NCBI RefSeq assembly: GCF_964204645.1
Contig: NC_134036.1
Location: forward strand, 4,122,600-4,186,599
DNA from: Tubulanus polymorphus
Lineage: Eukaryota > Animalia > Nemertea
Length of the DNA stretch: 64,000 nt
Reading direction: 5' to 3'
In this document: piece by piece, positions 46,498-59,160 of the stretch
How the letters are laid out: the number at the start of each line of letters is the position of its first letter
How positions within the stretch are numbered: the first letter of the stretch is position 1
The notes under the pieces: model-generated
The model's input: only the letters and a program-made list of their open reading frames with translations
Told to the model about the DNA's origin: nothing
Database searches by the model: none
Made by a program: the position numbers and the translations under genes

Positions 46498-47318
46498 ATA
46501 CGGCATTTTCATCAAGCATGTTGCTTTCGCCTGAACGAAATTCAAGTGGAGGCATTGTGGAAAACCATTATCCATCAGATGCAGAAAATATCAAAAAGTG
46601 ATTTAACGGCCGATGCCATTTCGAAGATATTTGTTCAAACGTTGAGAATAGCTTCCCGCCCCTAACTGTAACTCGGCGCTTGAAATATATAACAAATAAC
46701 ATGTATTTATTTACACAGAATAAACATATCTTAACTGAAAAAGTGCACTGAACCCCGTAGTGTTTTGTATATTGATTTGCACAGTTCCGCGTGCACTTGT
46801 TGCTGTCCACCAATCAGCACTCCAGTTTAGCGAAACTGACCAATGAACACGGCGTTCTCTTAGTGTGCACTTCGTCGTTCGTCAGTCTTCAACCAATCGC
46901 ATAGTTGAATAAACATGAGTCGAACTATGACACAAAGCTGCACTTTGACGTCATAATAGATCACACTTCCGAGTAATTTTGCATAGATATGTCTCGCGAG
47001 CTCTTTGCTAAATGAATTCTTTTTGAATACCTCATTGCGAAATTCATCCCGTCGGCTTTTTGAATTTATCATCTGTAAACAGAGCAAAGTGTTGGCGTTA
47101 TGATAGGCGAATACTTTCCTCAATTCGTTGATACAATATAGATCCAAATTACACGAAATATCTCGATTATTTCCTTTTAAATTCGGGTTTTTGCTCAGAT
47201 ACGTTATTTAAGTGACGATGAATACAATCCAGAAATTTAAAAAAAAAACTGTAGACGTGTTATCAATTTTTTCTAAGAATGTTGTCGACGAATGGTTTCG
47301 GCCCCAGTTCGATCCGAT

Positions 47319-50300
47319 TTAAATGGTACCTTTATAAAACTGGAATTGGTATTCTGGTAATCTGGTTAGCGGTGGTTGACTGTACGGCGTGGGTGGTCCA
47401 ACTACTCCGCTTGATCTGTAAATGATAAGTATATACACGGTATAAATAAATGGTACATTCTACTTAGTTCATTTTCGATTAAAAATTTGCGCTCATAAAA
47501 TGTCTAATATCTTGTGTGTCAAGGGTTCAATTAGTAATATCTCTGCTGAACACACGTGAAGTGTAGACAAACATGTAGAATGGTGATAATTTCACGAGAT
47601 TGAAAGTCTGCTGGAAAGGGTCCTGATTGATACAAGCGTAGGACCAAGGCAGTGTGATGAGTTTAGCCTATCTAATGACCAAGGTCTTCAAAAGAGAAAT
47701 TGACGCTTGTAATTGACGATTGTGTGATTGAATTGAATTAGAAATTATTCCTTAAGATGAAAAAAAAGATTAATTTTTATGAGATTGTTCTGATATTGTT
47801 ATTTTTCTGGAATGGTAGAACTTTTCAATGAGGGGCAGCGTGCGACGAGTAACGCCGTTAAGACGGACTACGGATGAAGTACTGGGTGATTGGTTTCTAG
47901 ATCCTCGCGATTGGGTTATTGGTTTCTGGATTCTCGTGATCAAGTCGTACTTACATATTCACTTTATCGTCACGCCATGTCTTCGCAGTTCTAAAGTCGA
48001 ACAACGCTTGAGGTGGTGCTTCCATGGCTCCACTTCCCGACCAACTTCGATGCACAGCGTCATTCGTTGTAGGCTGAAGCCCTCTGAAAATATGAATAAT
48101 ACTCCTTGCACTCTCAGAACAAAAGGTTTTTTGCGGAACCTCAGAGTTCTAGATCGGGTTCTGCGAGGTTCTAGCCGGCTAACAATGATAGCATGGCATA
48201 TTATTTTGAATCTCTTGGTATATATGTATCTTTCTGTATTTTCTTATACCTTTGAGGTGCGTATAGGTTATGCACCGAAAGTGACCTAGCTGATCGCGGG
48301 GTATCGATGACCGACGGCACGTACATCGATCTGGAATCCGCGTCCGTGGCGAATATCGGCGACACGGCCGCGACGGGAATCGGCGGGCGGTAGAAAGCGT
48401 TGTTGTCGTTGGTCAGCGCCCTGCAAAATAAGTAAAACGATGTTGAGGTTGTTTTTAAGTTACCACCTCGTACCCATTCCTGAAACTAGATAGTGGTCGC
48501 CTAGGCTCCACGTGTGTGCAGCACTTCCCCAAGGACATAACTAATCGAAAATGAATTACATCCTCGGGATTTCGGATATTTTATCAACACCCTTTAAAAA
48601 AGTAATCGACCACCCTTCACGTCTATCGAGGACTTCATCTGAGACATTTCAATTGGAAATTAACTAAACACATCGGACATTAAGCTTAGATATTTCAGCA
48701 CAATTAAGAAAAGTGACCATTCACACTTCACGTGTGTTTAGGACTTCACCAGAGATATTTCCAATTGAAAGCTTAACAAAACAATGAGTCCCAGATATTT
48801 CATCCAAGTGTTCTGGTCATATGATACGACACAATCGTGGGACGGTGAAGTCAACGATGAAGTGTTCGGCAGATTAACACGTTTCACCAGTTTAAACTCA
48901 CCCTCGTTGATCAACCACGTTAGATTCCAGGCCGTCTAGGAAATCTAGGTCGTTCGGAATGTGCTGCTTTTGAATGAGGTGCACATCGGAGCCGGCTTGC
49001 TCCGCGCGCCGACGTCGGCACACCAGAATCGCGGCAACCAACAATCCCAGGAGCAATAATACGCCCGCCGATATTCCTAATCCCAACGCTAGCGGCATCA
49101 TCGAACTAGCTACAACCGAGAGTGAAAGATAGGATTGGATAAAGATCATTAACCCTTTTTTCGAGAAAATTAAGTTGAATACGATGATGGCTCCTTAAAT
49201 GTAGCCGCAACTTTTGTAATTGTCCGCATTACTGACGATGGCACAGTACATAGTATGTGTATCCAAAACGTTATTACTTTTCTAATTGAATCTAATTGAA
49301 TCCACTAATAGTGAAGGTAGACAGAGTATCATTATACTAACCAGCCCCGAGAGGCGGAGTTGTGCCAATGGCAATTCTTGTTGTTGTCCGATCTGATAAC
49401 TGTGTAGTTAGGTGTGGTGCTTCGCTAACTGTTGTGGTCTCCGAGGCAATGGAACTGAATGTGGAACCCTTTTCGCTCGATGAGATAGGAGTTACTGGTT
49501 TTGCAGTCGATGCTGACACTGTTGGTCCAGACGCAGTTGGTCCTGACGCAGTTGATACGGATTGTGTCAATCCAGATGCGGATGATCCTTGTGCAGTTGA
49601 ACCAGATGCTGTTGGCTTAGGCGACGTTGATCCAGATGGAGTCAAACCAGATGCGGATGATCTAGACATTGTTGATACAGAAGCTGTTGATCCAGCAACA
49701 CTTGACCCTGACGTAGTGGATCCAAATGGAGTCAAACCAGATGCGGATGACCCAGATACTGTTGATACCGACGCTGTTGATCCTGATGCAGTTGAGCCGG
49801 ATGGGGTTAAACCAGATGCGGAGGTTGATTCAGACACTGTCGATAAAGAAACAGTTGATCCTGACGCATGTGACACAGACACTGTTGGTACAGAAGCTGT
49901 TGATCCTGATGCAGTCGATCCAGACACTGTTGATACAGAAGCTGTTGATCCAGATACAGTTGGAAAAGACGCTGTTGTTCCTGATGCTGTGGAACCAGAA
50001 ACTGTTGATAAAGAAGCCGTTGACCCCGATGCCGTTGACCCAAACACTGTTGATACAGACGATGTTGATCTATATGGAGTCGGTCCAGATGCAGTTGACC
50101 CAGACGGTGTCAAATCCGAAGCGGATGACACAGAAACTGTCGATACAGAAGTGGTTGATTCTGATGCAGTTGATCCAGATGCAGATGACCCAGACACTGT
50201 TGGCTCAGACGCTGTTGATCCTGATGCAGTTGACCCAGATAAAGTCAAACCAGAAGCAGATGACCCAGACACTGTTGATACAGAAGATGTTGATTCTGAC

Positions 50301-53300
50301 GCTGTTGATCTAGACATTGTTGATGCAGATGTAGACAATCCAGATGCAGTTGACCCAGACACTGTTGATCCTGATACTATTGTTCCAGATGCAGATGACC
50401 CAGACAATGTGGATTGAAAAGATGTTGTTCCGGACAATGTTGCGCCAGATGCTGTTGATCCGGATTGAGTCAAACCAGATGCAGACGATCCAGACACTGT
50501 GGGTACAGATGTTGATACAGACACTGTTGATCCTGATAATGTTGATCCAGATACAGATGACCCAGACACTGTCGATCTTGATACTGTTGATCCAGATACA
50601 GATGACCCAGACAATGTTGATAGAGAAGATGTTGACCCAGACACTGTTGCTCCAAATGACGTTGATCCAGATATTGTTGATCCGGTTTGAGTCAAACCAG
50701 ATGCAGACGACCCAGACACTGTTGGTTCGGAAGATGTTGATCCGGATGCTGTTGATCCAGATACTGTTGATACAGAGGATGTTGATCCTGATACAGTTGA
50801 TCCAGATTCAGACGACCCAGACACTGTTGATCTTGATACTGTTGATCCAGATGCAGATGACCCAGACACTGTTGATCCTGATACTGTTGATCCAAATGAA
50901 GATGACCCAGACACTGTTGATCCTGATACTGTTGATCCAGGTACAGATGACCCAGACAATGTTGATAGAGAAGATGTTGACCCAGACACTGTTGCTCCAA
51001 ATGACGTTGATCCAGATATTGTTGATCCGGTTTGAGTCAAACCAGATGCAGACGACCCAGACACTGTGGGTTCGGAAGATGTTGATCCCGATGCTGTTGA
51101 TCCAGACACTGTTGATACAGAGGATGTTGATCCTGATACAGTTGATCCAGATTCAGACGACCCAGACACTGTTGATCTTGATACTGTTGATCCAGATGCA
51201 GATGACCCAGACACTGTTGATCCTGATACTGTTGATCCAAATGAAGATGACCCAGACACTGTTGATCCTGATACTGTTGATCCAGATACAGATGACCCAG
51301 ACAATGTTGATAGAGAAGATGTTGACCCAGACACTGTTGCTCCAAATGACGTTGATCCAGATATTGTTGATCCGGTTTGAGTCAAACCAGATGCAGACGA
51401 CCCAGACACTGTGGGTTCGGAAGATGTTGATCCCGATGCTGTTGATACAGAAGATGTTGATCCTGATGCAGTCAATCCAGATGCCGATGACCCAGATGCT
51501 GTTGGTTTAGATGCAGTTGACCCAGATGGAGTCAAATCAGATGCAGCTGATCCCGATGCTGTTGATACAGAAGATGTTGATCCTGATGCAGTAGATCCAG
51601 ATGCCGATGACCCAGGCACTGTTGGTTTAGATGCGGTTGACCCAGATGGAGTTAAAACAGATGTAGATGACCCAGACACTGTTGGTGCAGAATATGTTGA
51701 TCCAGATGCTGTTGATCCAGTCACTGTTGATCCAGATGACGTTGATAAAGATGGAGTCAACTGCGATGCTGATGACCCAGATGCACTTGTTCCAGACACT
51801 GTTGACCCAGATGGAGTCGACCTAGAAACAGATGATCCAGAAACTGTTAATAAAGATGTTGATCCTGACACTGTCGATCCAAATGACGTTGATCCAGCCG
51901 CTTTTGATGCAGAAGCCGTTGATCCTGATGCAGTCAACCCGGATGCAGATGACCTAGATACTGTTGGTTCAGATGCAGTTGACCCAGATGGTGTTAATCT
52001 TGGTGTAGTTGATCCCGAAACTGTCGACACAGAAGCTGTCGATCGAGAAACTGTTGATCCAGATGATGTCAATTCAGATGTGGATGACCCAGACACTCCT
52101 GACACAGAAGCTGTTGATCCCGATGCAGTTGATCCAGACACTATTGGTCTAGTAGCTGTTGATCCCGATGGAGTCAAACCAGAAGCTGATGATCCAGGTA
52201 CTGTTGATACAGAAGCTGATGATTTAAAAATAGTTGATCCAGATGGAGTTAAACCAGATGTGAATGATCGAGACACGGTCGGTAAAGTGGCTGTCGTTCC
52301 AGATTCAGTGGATCCTGATGATGTAAAATCTGATGCAGATGACCCAGATACTGTTGATGAAGAAGCTGTTGATCCCGATGCTGGTGATCCAGACACTGTT
52401 GATACAGAAGGTGTTGATCTAGATGGAGTCGTTCCAGATGCAGTTGACCCAGATATCTTAGATACCGAAACTGCTGATCCTGATACTGTTGATCCAGATG
52501 CAGTTGACCCAGGAGAAGTCAAATCTGATGCGGATGACACAGACACTGTTGACACCTTTGATACAGAAGCTGTTGATTGTGATACGGTTGGTCCAGATGC
52601 AGATGACCCAGCCACAGTGGGTTTAGATGCAGAAGATCCAGATGCAGTTGACCCAGATGGAGTTAAACCAGATGCAGATGTTGGTCCCGATGCAGTCGAT
52701 CCAGACACTGTTGATTCAGGTACTGTTAATTCAGACACTGTCGATACAGAAGCCGTCGATCCAGATACAGTTGACCCAGATGATATCATATCAGAAGCAG
52801 TTTCAGTTGATTTAGACACTGCCGATACAGAATCTGTTGAAACGGAAGCAGTTGCAGACGACGTTGATCCAGGTGGAGTCGATCCAGATGCGGTTGAGCC
52901 AGACGCTGCTGATCCAGATGCAGTAGAAACAGACGCATTTGATCCTGGAGTTCTTAATCCGGACGCAGTTGATCCAGATGCAGTCGGGCCAGCAGATGCG
53001 GATACAAGCGGAGTCGATCCAGATGTGGATGACCCGGACACCATTGATACAGAAGTTGTTAATCCGGACGCAGTTGATCTTGATGTAGCATGGCTAACAG
53101 AAGCTGATGCAAGTAGAGTCGATCCAGTTGCGGAAGATCCTGATGGACTTGGTCCTAATGTAGTTGCTCCGGACATAGTCGATACAGAAGCTGTTGGTCC
53201 AGATTGAGTTGATCCAGTGGTGGATGACCCTAGTGGAGTTGATCCAGATGCGCTTGATCCGGACACTGTAGATATAGAAGCTGTTGGTCCAGGTTGAGTC

Positions 53301-56300
53301 GATCCAGATGCGGATGACCCCGGTGCAGTTGATCCAGTTGCACTTGATCCGGACACTTTTGTTACAGAGGCTGTTGATCCTGATTGAGTCGATCCAGAGG
53401 CGGATGATCCTGGTGCAATTGATCCAGTTGCACTTGATCCTGACAATGTTGATACAGAGGCTGTTGATCCAGATTGAGTCGATCCAGAGGCGGATGATCC
53501 TGGTGCAGTTGATCCAGTTGCACTTGATCCTGACAATGTTGATTCAGAGGCCGTTGATCCAGATTGAGTCGATCCAGATGCGGATGCCCCTGATGGAGTT
53601 GACCCAGATGCACTTGATCCTGACAATGTTGATATAGAGGCCGTTGATCCAGATTGAGTTGATCCAGATGCGGATGCCCCCGGTGCAGTTGATCCAGTTG
53701 CACTTGATCCGGACATTGTTGATACAGAGGCCGTTGATCCAGATTGAGTTGATCCAGATGCGGATGCCCCCGGTGCAGTTGATCCAGTTGCACTTGATCC
53801 AGACAATGTTGATACAGAGGCTGTTGATCCAGATTGAGTCGATCCAGAGGCGGATGATCCTGGTGCAGTTGATCCAGTTGCACTTGATCCTGACAATGTT
53901 GATTCAGAGGCCGTTGATCCAGATTGAGTTGATCCATATGCGGATGCCCCCGGTGCAGTTGATCCAGTTGCACTTGATCCGGACATTGTTGATACAGAGG
54001 CTGTTGATCCAGATTGAGTCGATCCAGATGCGGATGCCCCCGGTGCAGTTGATCCAGTTGCACTTGATCCGGACACTGTTGATACAGAGGCTGTTGATCC
54101 AGATTGAGTTGATCCAGATGCGGATGCCCCTGGTGCAGTTGATCCAGATGCACTTGATCCGAAGACTGTAGATAGAGACGCTGTTGATCCAGATTGAGTC
54201 GATCCAAACGCGGATGATCTTGGTGCAGTTGATCCAGTTGCACTTGATCCGGACACTGTTGTTACAGAGGCTGTTGATCCAGATTGAGTCGATCCAGAGG
54301 CGGATGATCCTGGTGCAGTTGATCCAGTTGCACTCGATCCGGACACTGTTGATACAGAGGCTGTTGATCCAGATTGAGTCGATCCAGATGCGGATGACCC
54401 CGGTGGAGTTGATCCAGTTGCTCTTGATCCGGACAATGTATATACAGAGGCTGTTGATCCTGATTGAGTCGATCCAGATGCGGATGACCCTGGTGCAGTT
54501 GATCCAGTTGCACTTGATCCGGACAATGTTGATACAGAGACTGTTGATCCTGATTGAGTCGATCCAGATGCGGATGACCCTGGTGCAGTTGATCCAGTTG
54601 CACTTGATCCGGACAATGTTGATACAGAGACTGTTGATCCAGATTGAGTCGATCCAGACGCGGATGATCCTGGTGCAGTTGACCCAGATGCACTTGATCC
54701 GGACACTGTATATACAGAGGCTGTTGATCCTGATTGAGTCGATCCAGATGCGGATGACCCTGGTGCAGTTGATCCAGTTGCACTTGATCCGGACAATGTT
54801 GATACAGAGGCTCTTGATCCTGATTGAGTCGATCCAGATGCGGATGATCCCGGTGCAGTTGATCCAGTTGCACTTGATCCGGACAATGCTGATACAGAGG
54901 TCGTTGATCCAGATTGAGTCGATCCAGAGGCGGATGATCCTGGTGCAGTTGATCCAGTTGCACTCGATCTGGACACTGTTGATACAGAGGCTGTTGATCC
55001 AGATTGAGTCGATCCAGATGCGGATGACCCCGGTGGAGTTGATCCAGTTGCTCTTGATCCGGACAATGTATATACAGAGGCTGTTGATCCTGATTGAGTC
55101 GATCCAGATGCGGATGACCCTGGTGCAGTTGATCCAGTTGCACTTGATCCGGACAATGTTGATACAGAGACTGTTGATCCTGATTGAGTCGATCCAGATG
55201 CGGATGACCCTGGTGCAGTTGATCCAGTTGCACTTGATCCGGACAATGTTGATACAGAGACTGTTGATCCAGATTGAGTCGATCCAGATGCGGATGCCCC
55301 TGGTGCAGTTGACCCAGATGCACTTGATCCGGACACTGTATATACAGAGGCTGTTGATCCTGATTGAGTCGATCCAGATGCGGATGACCCTGGTGCAGTT
55401 GATCCAGTTGCACTTGATCCGGACAATGTTGATACAGAGGCTGTTGATCCTGATTGAGTCGATCCAGATGCGGATGATCCCGGTGCAGTTGATCCAGTTG
55501 CACTTGATCCGGACAATGCTGATACAGAGGCCGTTGATCCAGATTGAGTTGATTCAGATGCGGATGCCCCTGGTGCAGTTGATCCAGTTGCACTTGATCC
55601 TGACAATGTTGATATAGAGGCTGTTGATCCAGATTGAGTCGATCCAGATACGGATGATCCTGGTGGAGTTGATCCAGTTGCACTTGATCCGGACACTTTT
55701 GATACAGAGGCTGTTGATCCAGATTGAGTCGATCCAGATGCTGGTGGAGTTGATGCACTTGATCCAGACATTGTTGATACAGAAGCTGTTGGTCCAGATG
55801 AAGTTGGTCCAGAAAGTGTTGGTCCAGATGAAGTTGGTCCAGAAACTGTTGGTCCAGATGAAGTTGGTCCAGAAACTGTTGGTCCAGATGAAGTTGGTCC
55901 AGAAACTGTTTGTCCAGATGAAGTTGGTCCAGAAACTGTTTGTCCAGATGAAGTTGGTCCAGAAACTGTTAGTCCAGATGAAGTTGGTCTAGAAACTGTT
56001 GGTCCAGATGCAGTAGCTACAGACGCAGTTGATCCAGATGCTGTTTTCCCAGGAGCTGTTGATCCCGATGCGGTCGTCACTGATGCCGTTGAACCAGATT
56101 TAGTTGACCCAGATGTAGCTGGTCCAGAAGCCGTCGATCGAGATGCAGTTAATTCGGATGCAGTTGATCCTGATGTTGTTGGCCCAGAAGCCGATGACCC
56201 AGATACAGTTGACACAGATGTGGTCGGTCCCGAAACTGTTGGTCCGGATGCTATCGTTGACCCAATTGACGTTGTCTTGAGAGTCGATACATTACTTGCT

Positions 56301-56515
56301 GTCGATCCAGATGATGCTGTCACTGGTTTAGACGTTGTCGCTGCGGAAGATGTTTCCGCGTGTGTTGTTCGTTTGGATACTGTTGTTGTTGGTGCAGGTG
56401 TTGTCGATTGGACGGTTGAGCTTGTTTCTGTAGTAGAGGGGCCTGGCACGGGTTTGAAGCCCGGAGGACTGATAAAGGGAGGAATCGGTAGCGACGGAAA
56501 GTTCGGCGCCGCCAT
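47319..56515 (-). CDS. Giant single-pass transmembrane Ser/Gly/Thr-rich mucin-like / proteoglycan-like protein, ~2592 aa
   Basis: Minus-strand exons 56515-49342 (donor GTTAGT), 49109-48902 (TM LALGLGISAGVLLLLGLLVAAILVC then RRRR; donor GTGAGT), 48420-48250, 48083-47955, 47415-47319. All phases are compatible (7,779 nt total). The last exon is less certain because of an alternative in-frame stop at 47951-47953. Confidence 0.8.
50400..51440. repeat. ~345-bp (115-aa) higher-order coding repeat in the mucin exon
   Basis: Near-identical blocks offset by 345 bp (e.g. 50692/51037; SGLTQTGSTISGSTSFGATVSGSTSSLSTL occurs three times). Confidence 0.85.
53190..55740. repeat. 90-bp (30-aa) coding tandem repeat, ~28 units
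   Basis: Unit SGSSATGSTAPGSSASGSTQSGSTASVSTL; a 630-bp super-period is visible (54421 vs 55051). Confidence 0.95.
55787..56010. repeat. 30-bp (10-aa, SGPTVSGPTS) coding tandem repeat, ~7 units
   Basis: GGTCCAGATGAAGTTGGTCCAGAAACTGTT repeated. Confidence 0.95.
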
Positions 56516-59083
56516 TCTTCGTTTAAACGCTTCACTTCAACGAATCTGGAAAAAAATAGAAAAAAGAAATATTTCAATTTCAACTTCAACAATACCCTCG
56601 ACCAAACTGAATTGTTGGTGTGGCCTGGATCGACCCCCTTTTGATATCAAACAATTTTTCATTGGAAGTGTGACTTTTGAAAGTACGTATGTTGATAGAT
56701 TGTCTAATGTCAGATGTGCGTGGTTCATTTTCAAATTAAGCATTGTCTAACTGGTAAAGTTATGTACGCATGTGTGGCCGATCAGTTTTTGAAAGTGCGT
56801 TGATGAAATGTCTCATGCCCGGTGTTTAAAGTTCATTTTCAGTTAGAATGTCCCGGGTAAAGTCCTGAACACATTTGAAGTGTGAATGATCACGTTTTAG
56901 GCGTGCCGATAAAAATGTGAAATGTCTAATGTCGGGTGTTTGTAGTTACAATGTATTTTCAATGAGAAACGTTAAGTGTGGACGATTCAAATAGCGAACG
57001 CGGATTGAAAACGATAACGAGGAGACATGACGATACCTGTGAGGAATAATAGCCGAAATATTATAGTTTCGATAGACATTCAAATTTTTGTGTTGTTTGG
57101 TCTTCATTGTAGGATGCCTCTTGATCTTTTTTGTTTCTTCGCGAATCGGTGTGTTTCGTCAGCAGAAACGGGCGTCGTCTACGAATTACTATCAAAACCC
57201 GTGCGTAAAATGAGCAAAATAAGTCCCCTCGAACAAAAAGACTCGTTTAGTTGAACCCCTAATATTTACGTACGAAATCAGGGCGCTCTTAGCTACACAA
57301 AATTCACGGGCCCCGTACGCAACAAATCGCAATCGATTCCGATCGCCTTCTACGGAATTTATTCGAACGCGTCGAATCGGCGTTGTTTTCGAACTACGCG
57401 ACAATGCCTAAAGGTAGATCGAATACCGAAGATATCGCGCTTCATAAAGAAACGATTGTGTCCGATTCGTCGAACTAACAAAAAGCCACTCCAACGTGAT
57501 TAACGAGATATGCGCTTCGGTTTTTTATTTCTATATGAATATATTGGAAATCTTTAGAAATGTATTCGATTTTAAATAGGCCGAGATAACGCGTTAAGGT
57601 ATGCGTGCCAGTTTTCTACGTTAGCCCATAAACGGGTTACACCCATACTTGACCGAAATGTATCAAACGCCCTGGGCTCAATTTCGTAAAAATAGTTGGA
57701 CCTAAGAAATAAATTCTATTTCGCCGTCACTTCACAATTTTCCGGCGAAACAAGTGTCGAATGAAGGGAGTGTCCAAATAAGAAATTTAGGGATTTTTTC
57801 AAAGCTTTACCGCGATTTCGCTGTTGACATATACACAATAACTTTTCATACCATCCGGAATGGTGAAATGGCTCATTGCCACCGGTCAAATTTCAATATT
57901 TCTTCTGTCGTTCAAGCTTCGTGTTTTTGAAATTAATCTCTTTAGGTACTTTAGAATCTTTGGGGCGTGGGGGTTGGTGTTGCCTAGACTCAATTGGCAC
58001 TCCTTACTCCTTAGATCCACTACTGTTAAGTGGAAATCATTTTTCGTGAACTTTATCTGATTTGTCGTTTGTCACTGCGTTTGCGGCGTGTGGTATCGTG
58101 AAAACCAATAAAAGATGTCCATATTGGAATCGACAAGTCGCAAAAATGGCATTCGTCTTTTATGTCCTAATTCATTCACCATTTCTTTTTTTTATAGAAA
58201 ATGATTCAAAATGTCGAATAACGATGCTTTAAGACAATGTCGAATTTCACAAAAAATGAGGTAAGAAAATTCCAAATTATATTAAGCTGCCAATCAGCTC
58301 TTTGTACCCGGTGCACACCTACACCCTTAGACTAATGGTCTGCAGACGAACCTTACGAAGCTGACCGGCGGCAAGACTTCAACGGTTCTCGGATCCGTTC
58401 TATCTTTATTGAAAGTCGATATATTATACCTAACTCTACAGACTACTTGTTACCACGCGTTGAAAATCAGATCGTCCAGACTAAACCGATCGAATGGAAT
58501 AATTGTCTCAGAGGGGACGTGCTGATTCGTGCACGAGATAGATAGTTAGAATCAAACTGAAACCGGTAGCCAGGAAAAAAGCCTTACTGAAAATGTTTTT
58601 TTCATTAAATGAATTCAAACTCTTTTCGAATATCGGCCGGTAGATTTTCACAAGTACAACCACCGGAAATGATAAATAACCAATCAAGATCGGGTCTTAC
58701 GTATGTAACAGTCCTTATGAATTTATTACTTAAATTTAAAAATTCTGTATAGGGCCTAGGCTACACTTCATATCATTCTAACAGATAAAGTGTTGTGTTT
58801 GGTTCTTTCTCGTACTCAGGTTCTCTGGTAAAATTTAGATTTGAAAATTCTTCCTTATACAGCTCAAATCTGATATTTCTACTTCAAGCAAACTAGTAAT
58901 AAAGTATGAAAGAAAGCCCGCGATAGATTCAGTTAAAAATGAAAAGTTCGACGGTAAAATGGTAATATTTCGAGCAACGTTTTGGCTAAAAACTATAAGC
59001 TTCATTCCAACATAGTTATCACGCGCTTAGCCCTTTTGTCTGATTCTTGCGTAAATATTCTGTAAATTCCATTCTGTTCTCAG

Positions 59084-59160
59084 TACGCCTGATGATGGCT
59101 AATAGTATTTAACCGAAACGTAGCTCGAAATATATACGATTTTACTATAGAACTTTCCTT
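59084..59160 (+). other. Degenerate minimal hammerhead-ribozyme motif (Penelope-like element remnant)
   Basis: CTGATGA (59089) - TGGCTAA..TTAACC stem - GAAAC GTA (to 59122). The downstream ACGATTTTACTATAGAA is closely matched at ~2768 (ACGACTTTACTATAGAA). Confidence 0.4.

Noticed and set aside
49362-55992. Long Asp/Pro-rich and Leu/Ile/Gln-rich ORFs overlapping the mucin exon
   Set aside because: Shadow frames of the repetitive mucin exon; they are broken by stops, while only the Ser-rich frame stays open for 7 kb and splices to a TM exon.
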